Source: Callorhinchus milii (Eukaryota). From it: a stretch of DNA of 64,000 nt. Below the pieces are notes generated by a model. That model was given only the letters and a program-made list of their open reading frames with translations, made no database searches and was not told where the DNA came from. This document shows positions 1 through 11,408 of this stretch, piece by piece. The translations under genes and the position numbers were made by a program. Each line of letters begins with the position of its first letter. Position 1 is the first letter of the stretch. The stretch is taken from NCBI RefSeq assembly GCF_018977255.1, contig NW_024704742.1, forward strand, positions 123,072,001 to 123,136,000, in the 5' to 3' direction.

Positions 1-286
1 CATTTGCTGCATGAAACTGATCTCCAGTAAGTGGGAATCAAAGACTTTCATTGCAAGGCCCAGGGCTTTTCAGCTGGATTTGGACACAAATGTTATATAA
101 GTGGGTTTGGGTAGGTATTTCAAAACACCTTTTAACCTCCTTCCTCAAATAAGAAATGGAATTTGTTTAGGAGTAATACTGACCTAATTTTTGAACAAAT
201 ATTTTCAAACACACAATACATTGACTTTGGCTTACCTTGGTGGAAACTGCTCAGCACAGACATGGGACCTTCCTGGTTTATACTGT

Positions 287-1720
287 ACTCCCTGGACCCC
301 ATCCCCACCCCTCTCCTTAAATCCCAGCTCCACCTCCTTGCCCCACTGCTCACCGATATCATTAACCTCTCTCTGACATCTGGCACTGTTCCTTCCCCCC
401 TCAAAACAGCCACTATCACCCCCAACTTGAAGAAGCCTTCCTTCGACCCATCGTAGCTATCTAGTTACCAGCCCATCTCAAATCTCCCCTTCCTATCCAA
501 GGTCCTTGAGAGAGCCATTGCCTCCCAGCTTCGCTCTTTCCTCTCCTCTCACTTCCTCTATGAACCCCTCCAATCGAGTTTCTGTGCTGCCCACAGCCTC
601 CACTTTATCGTGGCAAACGGCTTCTCCTCTAGCCCCCGCATCATCTCGTGCGGTGTTCCTCAGGGCTCTGTCCTCGGTCCCCTCCTCTTCACTCTCTATA
701 TGATCCCCCTTGGTGATGTCATCCGCAGACATGGGGTAAAGTTCCACATGTATGCAGATGACACCCAACTCTACCTCTCTGCCTCCACCCTGAACTCCAG
801 GAACACTGGTGTCCTGACCGATTGCCTGTCCGACATCGTCCTGGATGAGGGCCAACTTTCTCCAGCCCAATGTCAGCAAGACCGAGGCCTTCTTGATTGG
901 ATCGTGCCAGTGCCTCCGCACCTCAAGCGCTGGCAGCATCAGCCTCCACGGCTGCACACTCAACCTCACTAAGCCAGTCAGGAACCTGGGTGCCTTGTTT
1001 GACCCTGAGCTGTCCTTTCTCCCCCACATCCGTGCCATGACCGGCACTGCCTACCACCACCTCCGCAACATTGCCATACACCGCCACTGCCTCACCCCTC
1101 AAGCTGCCGAAACCCTCACCCATGCATTCGTCACATCAAGGTTCGATTACTGGAACTCCCTCCTCATAAGCTTTCCCAACTCTTCCCTTCACAAGCTGCA
1201 GATCATCCAAAACTCTGCAGCTCGTGTACTCTCATGCACCAGGCTCCATGACCTCATCATCCCACCCTCGACCGACTCCACTGGCTCCCTATCCCCCAGA
1301 GGATCGAGTTCAAGATCCTCATCCTCACCTTTAAGGCCATCCATGGCATTGCCCTCTCCTACCTCTCTGACCTGCTGACTCCCTACCAACCTGCCTGCTC
1401 CCTCCGTTCATCGGGCTCTGGCCTGCTCCATGTCTCTGCCCTACCATCGGTGGCCGGGCTTTCAGTCTCTCTGCCCCCACACTCTGGAACTCCATCCCAC
1501 GGTCCCTTTGCCTCGCTTCCTCCCTTGCCTCCTTCAAGGCCGGTCTCAAGACCCTTCTCTTCGACCGTGCCTTTGGTCTCCCTCCCACCTCTCCGCCTTC
1601 CCTCACCCCTACATCACCCCTCCCCCATGCTCGGGTCCCGACACCTGACTGTTCAGCGCTTTGGGACGTCCTCCCGACGTGAAAGACGCTCTATAAATGT
1701 AATTTTATTGTTGTTGTTGT
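287..1720 (+). mobile_element. L2 (LINE2) retrotransposon, 5'-truncated, internally deleted and frameshifted; RT region to 3' end
   Basis: ORF pieces give SLDPIPTPLLK...[27 protein letters not shown]...[26 protein letters not shown] and LQIIQNSAARVL. Ends in AGCGCTTTGGGACGTCCTCCCGACGTGAAAGACGCTCTATAAATGT followed by (TTG)n. Confidence 0.95.
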
Positions 1721-2169
1721 ACAACACAAATTGCGTTTATATAGTCAGGAGGATGTCTTAAAGTGCTTAACACTGCTAGTTGGGCACCCAAGATGGGGCT
1801 GGAAGTTAAAGGGTGTTGGGAGGTGTAAGATGGCTGAATGCACGGTCAAAGAGGTATGTCTTGAGACGAACATTGAATGACTTCTAACCTCCTTTTTCTT
1901 CTTGTGAAAATCCTCATTTTATCATCTCTTGTGACCAACTTGCTGATCAATAATTGTCTCTATTTATCCTTTCAAGACAATCATAATTTTGAGAACTTCC
2001 ATTTAGATTCCTCCCTTAACCTCATCTGCTACAACGAAAACAGTCCCAAAGTTATGTGTGAGAAAAACATAGATTGTTTATGCAGGATCAAGATAGCAAA
2101 ATAACTAATGTTTTTTAGTGATTAACAGTAAAGGCAGTAGATCCAAGCTATGTGTTTATAAAAGAAAGA

Positions 2170-2500
2170 CGTCATTCATAACAAAAAGATTAGGATTTTT
2201 TGAGGATGTAAGTTGGTGTTGTGGCTGATACTATAAGCTCCCATATCAGGGACCTGTGGCTCTAGTAAAATCTCATGGGATAAAGGAGGATGTTGTTAAT
2301 TGGATAATGAATTGGCTAAATAATGGTAGTTACCAATGGTCCCAGTTGTGTGAAGAGTGAAGTGCCCCAGGGATCTTCTTGTTGTTCGTAATTATAAATG
2401 ATATTGATGGAAGTAGTGTAAGTAAAAAGCTTTGCATACGATACCACAGTATTCCTTGGGGGGAAGCAGGATGTTCAGAGGAAAAAGATAAAATTCAAAG
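2170..2500 (+). mobile_element. Highly degenerate CR1 LINE fragment (RT region)
   Basis: Decayed CR1-like motifs, e.g. GAGTGAAGTGCCCCAGGGATC (GVPQGS-like) and ATAAATGATATTGATG...AAGCTTTGCATACGATACC (INDLD...KFADDT-like). Confidence 0.55.
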
Positions 2501-3045
2501 ACATTTGGAGAGATGTAAAACGTGGGTGATGAACGCCATATGTTTTGGACATTGAGAAATGTAAGCTAATGCTTTTTGTTAGATTTATTGTAAACTGAAT
2601 AGGATAATAATCCTTGCATTTAAAATGAATCGGACATTGCTGTGAGCAAATTGGGTGTCGCATTTGCCTGCAAAATATAGTCACTTTAGACTGTGAAGCA
2701 TTTTGAGACATCCTCCCAACATTAAAGGTGCTATATCAACTGCAAGGATTATTAATATTTACACTTGATAATTATTATATAAGTAACTATTCATACATTT
2801 TGGTGAGGCACTAGAAGTATTACCAGGGACAGCTTTCAGGAGAGGAAGAGTATTGCAAAATTGCATTGTTAATTTCCATATTAAACAATATGTTATTGTA
2901 ACTTTGATCGGCTCTAGTTCATATTCTGAATCGAATTACTGAAATTATTTGCAGTGGATCAATGCACCAACAAGCACATAGTGTTAAATATGAATGTACA
3001 GACTGCAAGGTCCCAGGTTTGATCCATGGTCATTGTTGAGTTAGC

Positions 3046-3106
3046 CTTGGGACGTCCTCCTGACGTGAAAGGCGCTTTATAAATGGAATCTTGTTGTTGT
3101 TGTTGT
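3046..3106 (+). mobile_element. Isolated L2 3' tail inserted into an AmnSINE2-like SINE
   Basis: TTGGGACGTCCTCCTGACGTGAAAGGCGCTTTATAAATGG followed by (TTG)n; flanks 2990-3045 and 3107-3190 resemble the SINE at 47510-47885. Confidence 0.85.
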
Positions 3107-4156
3107 AGGGCAGAGCAGCAAGAGGAACCTACAATTGGCTGGGTGCCCTGGATTGGCCGAGGGAAACCTGGGCCAAGTTTTCTGAGTTGTGCAAATCATG
3201 TGTAACTAAAGCATGTGCAAGGTGGCCATTACCAATACCCTTAATTTTCAACAACGAAATGAAAATGGTTAAACAACCACTGGAGCCACTCTTTTATTAC
3301 AGAGCAGGATGCTCAGAGAACACAGAGAAATCAGTGCAACAACATCCTATGTTTCACCCACAAAATATACACACAATTCACTTTACAGTATATTCTGTGA
3401 AGAGCTTTGAGACATCTTGGAGATGTAATAAGGCACTATATCAAATGCAAGGATTATTATCTGGAATGTCTGGAATTCCATACTCCCTCTCTCTCTGTAG
3501 GAATGCACCCTGATTACCTAAAAATATAGGGTGCAGATTAGCAAGAGCCCAGGTTTAAGACTCCTGAGTGTATGTTGAGGTATTGCTGGAGTTTAACCAA
3601 CTACAATGGTTAACTTGCCATTGTTATGCAGTTTTAGCTGGTTGAACTCCAGCAGTATCTGACACAATGACTGTGATTATGGAACCAGTGCTCTCAGGAA
3701 AAGCAAGGTAAAATTTAATAGAGAGACATTGGGGGGAAATTTGTAGGATGTGTTAGGATAATTATCACTGGTGATTATTTCCACATCACAACCCCTATTT
3801 CCTACTGCATTTTATATTGCCTTCAAGAATTTAAAAGATTGACAGCACAGAAAATGGTGTTAAAACTGACTCATTTCCTGTTAACACAGGTCGAATGTTG
3901 TAGGAAACTCTGACACCGTTCTGATACTTCAAAGGTTCTCGTTTCTCCATCTAGAATAGATGCTAAATGTTATTTAAAATATACACATATGTTAAAAAAA
4001 NTCACCTTTGAGGTCTGCCTGGACTCTAGTAAACAATTTGCTGAGTTACTAGATACTTTGGGTATGAGATACTTTGTTTCTGTGTACTTTTGGCAATGAT
4101 ATAATTTTGAGAATCCTGAAAGCTTATGTGATAACAAGTTATATCAAAGTACCGCA

Positions 4157-4325
4157 ATAATAATCCTTGCATTTGATATAGTGCCTTAGCACGTCATTAA
4201 GACATCTCAAAGCACTTCACAGAACATACTATAAAGTGAATTGACTGTATTTGTTGGTGAAACGCGGCAGTCAATTGCGGACAGCAGTGTCCCACAAACA
4301 GTCGTGGCTGAACAGTTCAAGTGGG
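4157..4325 (-). mobile_element. 5'-truncated young Deu-domain SINE
   Basis: Reverse complement of the 3' half of the full-length copies at 28815-29130 and 59488-59860. Confidence 0.9.
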
Positions 4326-6659
4326 TTGAAAACTGGCCATATAAAAAGTTAGTTGGTTTATTAAACTAATGCATGCAATGCATTTCTGTACAATTTGTAG
4401 GGTTTTTTTTACATTTTGCCCTTGTAATTTGACTTTTCACAAAAAAAAGCCATTGTATACATTTCTCCGATGGAACAAGGCAAAGAGCAGCTTTGTGCTG
4501 ACAAAGTGTTAAACGCATTACTCTGCTCCTTGATTTCTTAAAGCTGTGAGACGTGGCTGGCTGAGGTGTGCAAGGCAGGTGCTGGCGTTTCTATTAATGG
4601 TGAATTTCTAAAGAGAGGGACGCAACTGTGCAAACACAAGTGGGGAGGAATGCTGACATTCCACTGTGAGATGGCTGATGTCCTATCAGATGGTCCTAGC
4701 AAGAAATTATTGATGGCTACTGTGTTGAAAATGTGCCAGTTGGCAGTGATATGACAGTATGTCCTTAGGCCTTTCTGGTGCAGTTGCTGAATATCAACAA
4801 TATGTCATAACATTTTAAAGGTCCTACGTGTTGCTGTGCAGATTGCAATCTGTTTCTTACCTCTGCTATGAAATGAACAGGAAACTAAGCATTGTACCTC
4901 AGTTGTGCTGTATTTACGCTGAAAGTGAGTTTCATTTGTATCCACTTCTCTCAAAAGCATTTGCAGTCAGAAAGATTGCACTTTGTTGTTCATAATACTT
5001 ATAAAAAGCACAGCTGATCTGAGTCCAGGAAGACTGCAATGCCTTCCAACAAATACATTGCTGAATGCATTGTGTTACAGGATTGGATATAGATTCTTAG
5101 CTATATGTGCATGTTACATTGAACCTGATGAATTAGCATTGTTCGAGCTATAGGTAGTTTAAATGGGCAACCATTCCACAAAATTCCCAATTTGATCAGG
5201 ATCTTTTCATCAGTTTTGGCTAAGACTTTGAAATCACAAGATTAAGTAGTGTCAACATGTTAGGATTTGAATTATTTCAATGTATTTTAGTGTCTTCCTG
5301 TTTGTAAAAATGCCACTGAAAATCCATTCTTCATTACATTTCAATCTTTACTTTCTTCACAGGTTAGAAAATAATAAATTGAATTGTAGATTTAAAAAAT
5401 TTTTGTAGACAGTTTGGAGTTTGCAAAGTAGTGTTCCTTAATGAAAACCAATAAAAATCCCATCTGTTTCAACCAGATTCAAGGATAAGTGGCAAAGACG
5501 GCAGAGTCTTTGAGCCTCAAGTTCAAATATTAATGTTCAAGTTGTCAAATTGCTAGGTTCCTCCTAATGATACATTAAGAATTACAACGTGGCCAAATCA
5601 GGAAATCTTGGGCAACGTTTGCAAACCCGATTGATTTCTTTAATTGCAACTTCTGGTTTTCAACATCTGGTCTGCACCTCCTTATGGGCTGTGAGCTGCG
5701 ACTCCTAAATCGGCAAAGTCTGGAAAAAAAAGGGCAGTGAACAAAATAACTGGAAACAGCTGAAATCAGCTTATAAAATCACCTCAAGACGTTATCCTAT
5801 GTGAAGGGCGGTTTTAAATGCAGGTTGTACTGTTTTTCTGTTCCCTTGCCTCTTTTCAGACCTTGGCGATTTGCAATTTTCTGGCTGCAAATTCCGTAAA
5901 AGGAATACTGCAAATTAGATTTCAATTGCAATGATTAAATCTCTATGTTTGTCTTTTCTGTTATTTTATGTTTATTTCTCGTTCCCATGTCTACCATTAG
6001 TTAGATACGTCTGTCTGTGGAGTTCTCTGCAATTCATCATTGGTATCACACTAATTGCTATAAGATAGTGTTCTAGGAGAGGAGAACACACATCTTTCTT
6101 CAGTCTGGATTATCTCAAATGCTCCAGATATATATAAAAGCTGCAGCAGTAAGTGAGAGTTTGTTGATAAATTGCACCATTCACCCCTCTCACAGATTTT
6201 TAAAATCACAGTATTTATAATCTTTTGAATTCCTTAAATTAAAATACAATTTCATAAAAGCCTAGGTACAGTTTTTGTTTTTTTAAAAAAAAGCAATGTG
6301 TGACTCCAATTGAATGTAACATGCTCATAGTCAATCAGAATGAGGAGGCAGTGTTTAATAAAATGATGTATTTTGACATTGCGTGGATCAAAATGAAGCC
6401 ATACAGAGCAGAAAATCCCCGGTTTGATTGCTGGTCTGTGCTGACTCAGCCAGGCCAGCAACCAGTTGTTAAGATTAACTTTGGTGCTCCTGTGCTGAGC
6501 TGAGGAAAAATCAGTTTGGGGACTTGACTCTGGTACCATGGAATCCTGCCAGGAAATTGTGCACATTGGGCAGGTACACAATTAATCTTGGCTGTCGCTC
6601 TCCCACAGCCAAATTAATGGTCTGCCCTAACATTCTAGCCTCAAAGATGAAGAACGCCT

Positions 6660-6796
6660 ACAAAACGCAAAATACTGCAGATGCTGGAAACCTGAAACAA
6701 AAACAGAGAGAGCTGGGAAAACTCAGCAGGTCAGGCAGCATCTATGGAGAAAGGAAAGTGAATCAACGTTTCAGGTCCACAACCCTTTGTCAGAAC
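6660..6796 (-). mobile_element. Penelope-like element terminal fragment with decayed minimal hammerhead ribozyme
   Basis: Minus strand reads GTT-CTGACAA-AGGGTTGTGGACCT-GAAA-CGTT-GATT. Related copies at 10823-10925 and 11866-11940. Confidence 0.7.
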
Positions 6797-7096
6797 GCCT
6801 GCTTGGGCAAAGTACTGGAACTCAACTGGCTTCTGCAGAATTACACTCCAGGATGACTCAATTTCTGCACAGTGCCATGCCAAGTGATACCTTTTTAACT
6901 GAGCTATAACAGAGCTGCAAAGGTATCTTATCTCCATGGGTAACATGGTTCAAACAGTTATATTAAAAGTGCCTATCTAATCATTTAACTACCCCCTTAT
7001 TTCCCATTAGTCATATAAGCACTCCTGCCAGCCTACTCACATGTAGCTCGCTATATAAATGCAAGGTGTTGTATATAGAATATACCCACTATAGAT

Positions 7097-7525
7097 TATA
7101 ATAATCCTTGCATTTGATATAGCACCTTATTACATCGTTGACACACCTCAAAGCAGTTCACAGGATTTTACTGTGATGTGTAGTGACTGTGTAATTGTTA
7201 GCAAATGCAGCAGCCAATTTGTTCATGTCCCAGGAACTGCCATGAAGTGAGTGACCAATTTTGTCTGGGGATTATTGGCTAGGACACCAAGATAAATTCC
7301 TTTCCCTTTTGACATACCATGGGACCATTAACATCCACTTGAACAAGCAAACGGGATCTTAGCTTGACATCTCATCTGAAGGACTGCACCTTCAACAATG
7401 CAGCCCACCCCCAGTGCTGTACTAATGTATGAACATAGACTGTGAGTTCAAAATCCTGACTTGAGACTGACCCCCAACCCTCTGATTCAGAGGCACGAGC
7501 GCTACCAAATGAGCCAACCTGAATC
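7097..7525 (-). mobile_element. Older Deu-domain SINE (SacSINE1/AmnSINE1-like), near full length
   Basis: tRNA-like head (minus strand TTGGCTCATTTGGTAGCGCTCGTGCCTCTGAATCAGAGGGTTG), Deu-like core and L2-type tail. Paralogues at about 12595-12920, 14230-14555, 17140-17520, 22780-23210, 23230-23570 and 41390-41675. Confidence 0.75.
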
Positions 7526-8124
7526 CTGTAGCCAGCTGGTGTAGAGAAATATATGCCTCAATGCACCATCTGGTAAATAGAAGAATCAAAGTTTAAAATA
7601 TAAAGTGCAGCTAATTGTTCGAGTGAATACATATTGTTTGGCTCCAGTACTTGGAATCAAGGACCGTTGGAGAACATTGGTTGACTATTTACATTCAGAA
7701 AATAATTTAAGAAAAATATTTGGTTCAGAACTGGGTGCCAGGAAAATGCATCATCAACTGTAGGAAACAGACCAGCATTGCAGGTGGAAGGGAAACAAAG
7801 AAATTTCAGCCAGTTCGAATAACACAATGAAAGGAATGTAAAAAATGTTCTTGAATAAGTAACGACCGTAAAATTACATAATGAAAACTATTGGCTTGCG
7901 TTCTGATTTGTTATACCTTGTTATACCATACAGTGTATACAAATGTATTGATTTATGAGTCCATAATGTGAATGAATTTAAACATATTTGCATTTCCCTG
8001 AAGTCACTACACCCATCCTCTCCTCAAACTCCAACTGTGAGGAGATGCTGGATTTCCTCAAAACTAAAATTGAGGGGATACATTCAGCCACCTCTGCCCC
8101 GTCCACCACCACCCCCACATCACC

Positions 8125-8528
8125 TCTCCCTTAGGCCCCAACCCCATCCTCGTCTCCCAGCTCCACCTTCTGGCCTCTCTCCTGTCTGACATCATCAACC
8201 TCTTCTTGTCCACCGGTTCAGTTCCCACCCCACTAAAAACAGCCGTCATCATCCCCAACCTGTAAAAAAACCTTCCCTGGACCCATCTCTCCTCTCCAGC
8301 TACCGACCCATCGCTAACCTTCCATTCCTCTCCAAGATCCTGGAACGAGTCGTTGCGTCCCAGCTCCGCTCCTTTCTTTCTTGCCATTTCCTCTTTGAAC
8401 CCCTCCAATCTGGCTTCCGCGTTGCCCACAGCCCTGGTCAAAGTCACTAATGACATTTTGAACATCTGTGATCAGGGATCCCTCTGCCGTCTTGTCCTCC
8501 TCGACCTCTCTGCTGCCTTTGACACTAT
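8125..8528 (+). mobile_element. L2 LINE internal RT fragment
   Basis: Similar to 290-600; encodes ALVKVTNDILNICDQGSLCRLVLLDLSAAFDT. Confidence 0.9.
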
Positions 8529-9035
8529 GTGTCTGCTCTGCACCAGCTCTTTGAAAAGAGCTATCCAAATCAATCCCACTCCCCCGCTCTCTCCCACTAG
8601 CCATGCAAACTTGTCCTCCCAAAATATCTATCTACTTCTCTCTTGAAAGTTGTTATTGAATTGGCTTCCACCACCCTTTCAGGCAATGCATTATAGATCC
8701 GAACAACTCGCTGTGTGAAAAAATTTCTCCTGACCTCTCCTCTGTTTCTTTTAACAACTATTTTAACTCGGTGTCCTCGGGTTACCGACCCATCCACCAG
8801 TGGAAATAGTTTCTCCTTGTTCACCCAATCAAATCTCCTCATAATTTTGAAAACTTCTATTAAGTCTCCTCTTAACCTTGTCTACTCCAAGGAGAATAAT
8901 CCTAGCTTCTCTAGACTCTCCTGATAACTGAAATCCTTGATTCCTGGGACCATCCTGGTAAATCTCCTTTGCACCCTCTCCAATGCCTTGACATCCTCAC
9001 TACAGCGTGGTGCCTAAAACTGAACACAGTACTGC
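8529..9035 (-). mobile_element. CR1 LINE 3' fragment
   Basis: ORF 8597-8842 (-): TRGHRVKI...RRNFFTQRVVRIYNALPERVVEANSITTFKREVD, a typical CR1 ORF2 C-terminus. Confidence 0.92.
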
Positions 9036-9125
9036 CCATTTGGCTTTGCCATGATATATCTCCAAGGAGATCCTATAACCTGCCTCAATCCATCCCCAGT
9101 AGAATATCTTTCAGACATGGTGGTT

Positions 9126-9290
9126 CAGTAAATCTAATATAAGTCGTATCAGTCGTATTTAATATGACTTGTGCAAAGTATGAGTTATGTCAAACTTGCT
9201 AGAATATAAATTCGTGAATGGGACTTGGTGTAGATTATGACTGAGGCGATTGTACAATTTATACAGATCAGACTTATGCGAGTTTTACTG
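9126..9290. mobile_element. Degenerate Tc1/mariner (Tigger/pogo-like) MITE
   Basis: Imperfect TIRs CAGTAAATCTAATATAAGTC and GACTTATGCGAGTTTTACTG; the right end is followed by TA. Confidence 0.5.
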
Positions 9291-10117
9291 TATTCATTTT
9301 ATTACTCTCAAAGGGAAGAAAGGATGAGTGGACATTTAGGAATCAAACCCAAGATCTTCCGGTCCTAAGTTGCACTCCTAAGATACCAAGAATATTGATG
9401 TGTAAGAAATATTTATAAAAGATCCTCAAGATCTTAGCTAAGATTTTTAGAAATTCCATGTTTCAAGGTGGAAAAAGTACAGAGCACCTGAAACACATCA
9501 AGCTGAGCCCCCTGGCACTGAGTCTCGTGAGCCTTTCAAGCCTGTTACTTTGAGAATCTGCCAGACTGATTAATGTAGGTTCAGAAGAGCATTTGGAAAG
9601 TGTTACAAGACGCAATAAGTTCTTTTTAAATGAACGAAAGCAGACAAAATAAAAGTAGATGCCTACAAATTTGTGTTGAACAGGGGTGCATTCATGGTTC
9701 ATTCTTTCACGCTGTGAAATTATTAATGGTACACTGTTGTGCTTTGTTAGAAAAGGCTTAGCAAGGGAGTAAAACAGGCCCTTTTATGTTAACTGCAACT
9801 TTAGCTGTGACAGTATGATGGGATCTGCTCATAACTGTTGCCGGCGATTTTTATAAAAAAAACATTTTTATAAAATAAAATAAGACCAATTCAGCCAATG
9901 TGATAGTTGCAAAATTTATAATATTTTATTCAATAACATTTTTTTTTATCTGACTGAAAACATCCAGTATAAAAATATGTTTCTTTCTGGCTGATTTTAT
10001 TACTGAGAGCTCATTAACTGTAAATATTTACTGTGACTGTTTGTTCAGATAGGCGAGCACTGCACTCCTCACTGTTTGCACTTATTATCCCATACTTCTG
10101 TCTAATGGTGTTTGCAG

Positions 10118-10129
10118 ATCAAATACCAG
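10118..10129 (+). other. Candidate 12-nt microexon (alternative upstream acceptor gives 10049-10129)
   Basis: ctaat...tttgcAG|ATCAAATACCAG|GTAAGA in repeat-free sequence; stop-free in all three phases. Confidence 0.4.
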
Positions 10130-10584
10130 GTAAGACATTGATATAGGGATGAATGCTCTTGAGATTTAACATTCTTTCAGTGGTGCATAGTTTAATCCCA
10201 GTCCTCCCTTTTACTAGCAGCAAATTAATAGGAATGTAGTTTTATCACAGGGGTCATGGATCCCATGAAATTCGGTCCTCTCTGATATTTTTCTTTCCCA
10301 GGCTAGAACTGAAAGCTATTGTGGGTTGAGAACCCATGCTGATTTTCTGCATCAATACCTTTCACTAATTTTTTTTCAGGTTTGTGAACTGCAATTTAAC
10401 CTCACTGAATTATTGATATTAATGAATTGATATGTTTAAGTTAATGCAAATGAATTTCTGGTGTATGGCTGCTGCATCAGCAAAATGGATTGTGGTCAGT
10501 GATTTACAAAGTAAGCGCAACTTATATTTGTCATGTAAGAAGCATTTATACATGATTAATAGTTATCGATCAGCAGTTACATAC

Positions 10585-10736
10585 TGACAATGATCACTAG
10601 TGATATTGATCACTGGGGATATTGACCACTAGGTCTATTAGACAGTGACAATGCTAGTCAGTAGTGATATTGGGCAGCAATTGTAGTGACCAGTAGTGAT
10701 ATTGATTACTAGTAATTCTGGTCAGTTGTAATGATA
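10585..10736. repeat. Degenerate minisatellite, period about 15 bp
   Basis: Repeated variants of AGTGATATTGAYCAC/AG; continues at about 11230-11270 after the SINE. Confidence 0.65.
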
Positions 10737-11229
10737 TAATAATAATCCTTGCATTTGATATAGCTCCTTATCACGTCTTTGAGACATTTCAAAGCACTTC
10801 ACGCAATATACTGTAAAGTGAAAACAAAAACAGAAGTCGCTGGGAACGCTCAGCAGGTCAGGCAGCATCTATGGAGAAAGGAAAGTGAGTCAACGTTTTG
10901 GGTCCACGATCCTTTGTCAGAACTGATACATTGCGTATACTGTAAAGTGAATTGACTATATTTTGATGGTGAAATATGGCAGCCAATTGCTCACACCTGT
11001 GTCCCACAAACAGTCATGACTTGAGTGACTTACTCTTATTTCTTTTAAGGGATTATTACTCCAGGAAAAGTGATCCACCAATTGACTAACAACCAGTTTC
11101 CTACTTACTGTTGGTAAACAGAGACATGCGGAGTAAGGAAACTTGCCTAAGGTTTCGCCCTGCCCAGGAATCAAATCCAGGTCCTCTCCCTTGCGAGCCA
11201 AGTGTTCTAACCATAAGCTACAGGACTCC
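10737..11229 (-). mobile_element. Full-length young tRNA-Ala Deu-SINE (long subfamily) interrupted by a Penelope-like fragment
   Basis: Head GGAGTCCTGTAGC at 11229 (-), (TAT)n tail near 10737. Insert 10823-10935 is flanked by a 16-bp direct repeat TATACTGTAAAGTGAA. Confidence 0.9.
10823..10925 (-). mobile_element. Penelope-like terminal fragment with decayed hammerhead ribozyme
   Basis: Minus strand CAGTT-CTGACAA-AGGATCGTGGACCC-AAAA-CGTT-GACT; closely similar to 6695-6796. Confidence 0.7.
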
Positions 11230-11364
11230 AGTTGTGACTTTGGTTAATGGTAATATTGGCCAGCAATGATTTTTTTGGGGGGTTGGAATTTATGCTGTTA
11301 TGTATAAATACTAGCATCTAATACTTTTCCCCGTTGCTATTGCCTATAATAGTTTTTTTTTCAG

Positions 11365-11408
11365 ATGTATGGATATTCTCCCCTTGACAATATACTTACT
11401 CACATCTG
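11365..11408 (+). other. Candidate 44-nt internal exon of an unidentified host transcript
   Basis: Poly-T tract then cAG|ATGTATGG...CACATCTG|GTGAGT. Open as MYGYSPLDNILTHI or CMDILPLTIYLLTS. Confidence 0.5.

Noticed and set aside
163..1761. Longest ORFs (up to 184 aa) as a cellular gene or active reverse transcriptase
   Set aside because: They are frameshifted L2 ORF2 pieces or their antisense shadows; the endonuclease domain is missing.
4001..4001. Ambiguous n bases (also about 14024 and 62854)
   Set aside because: They sit at homopolymer ends and reflect sequencing or consensus uncertainty, not biology.
10585..10736. CRISPR-like repeat array
   Set aside because: Degenerate short-period minisatellite with no unique spacers and no cas genes, in a vertebrate context.
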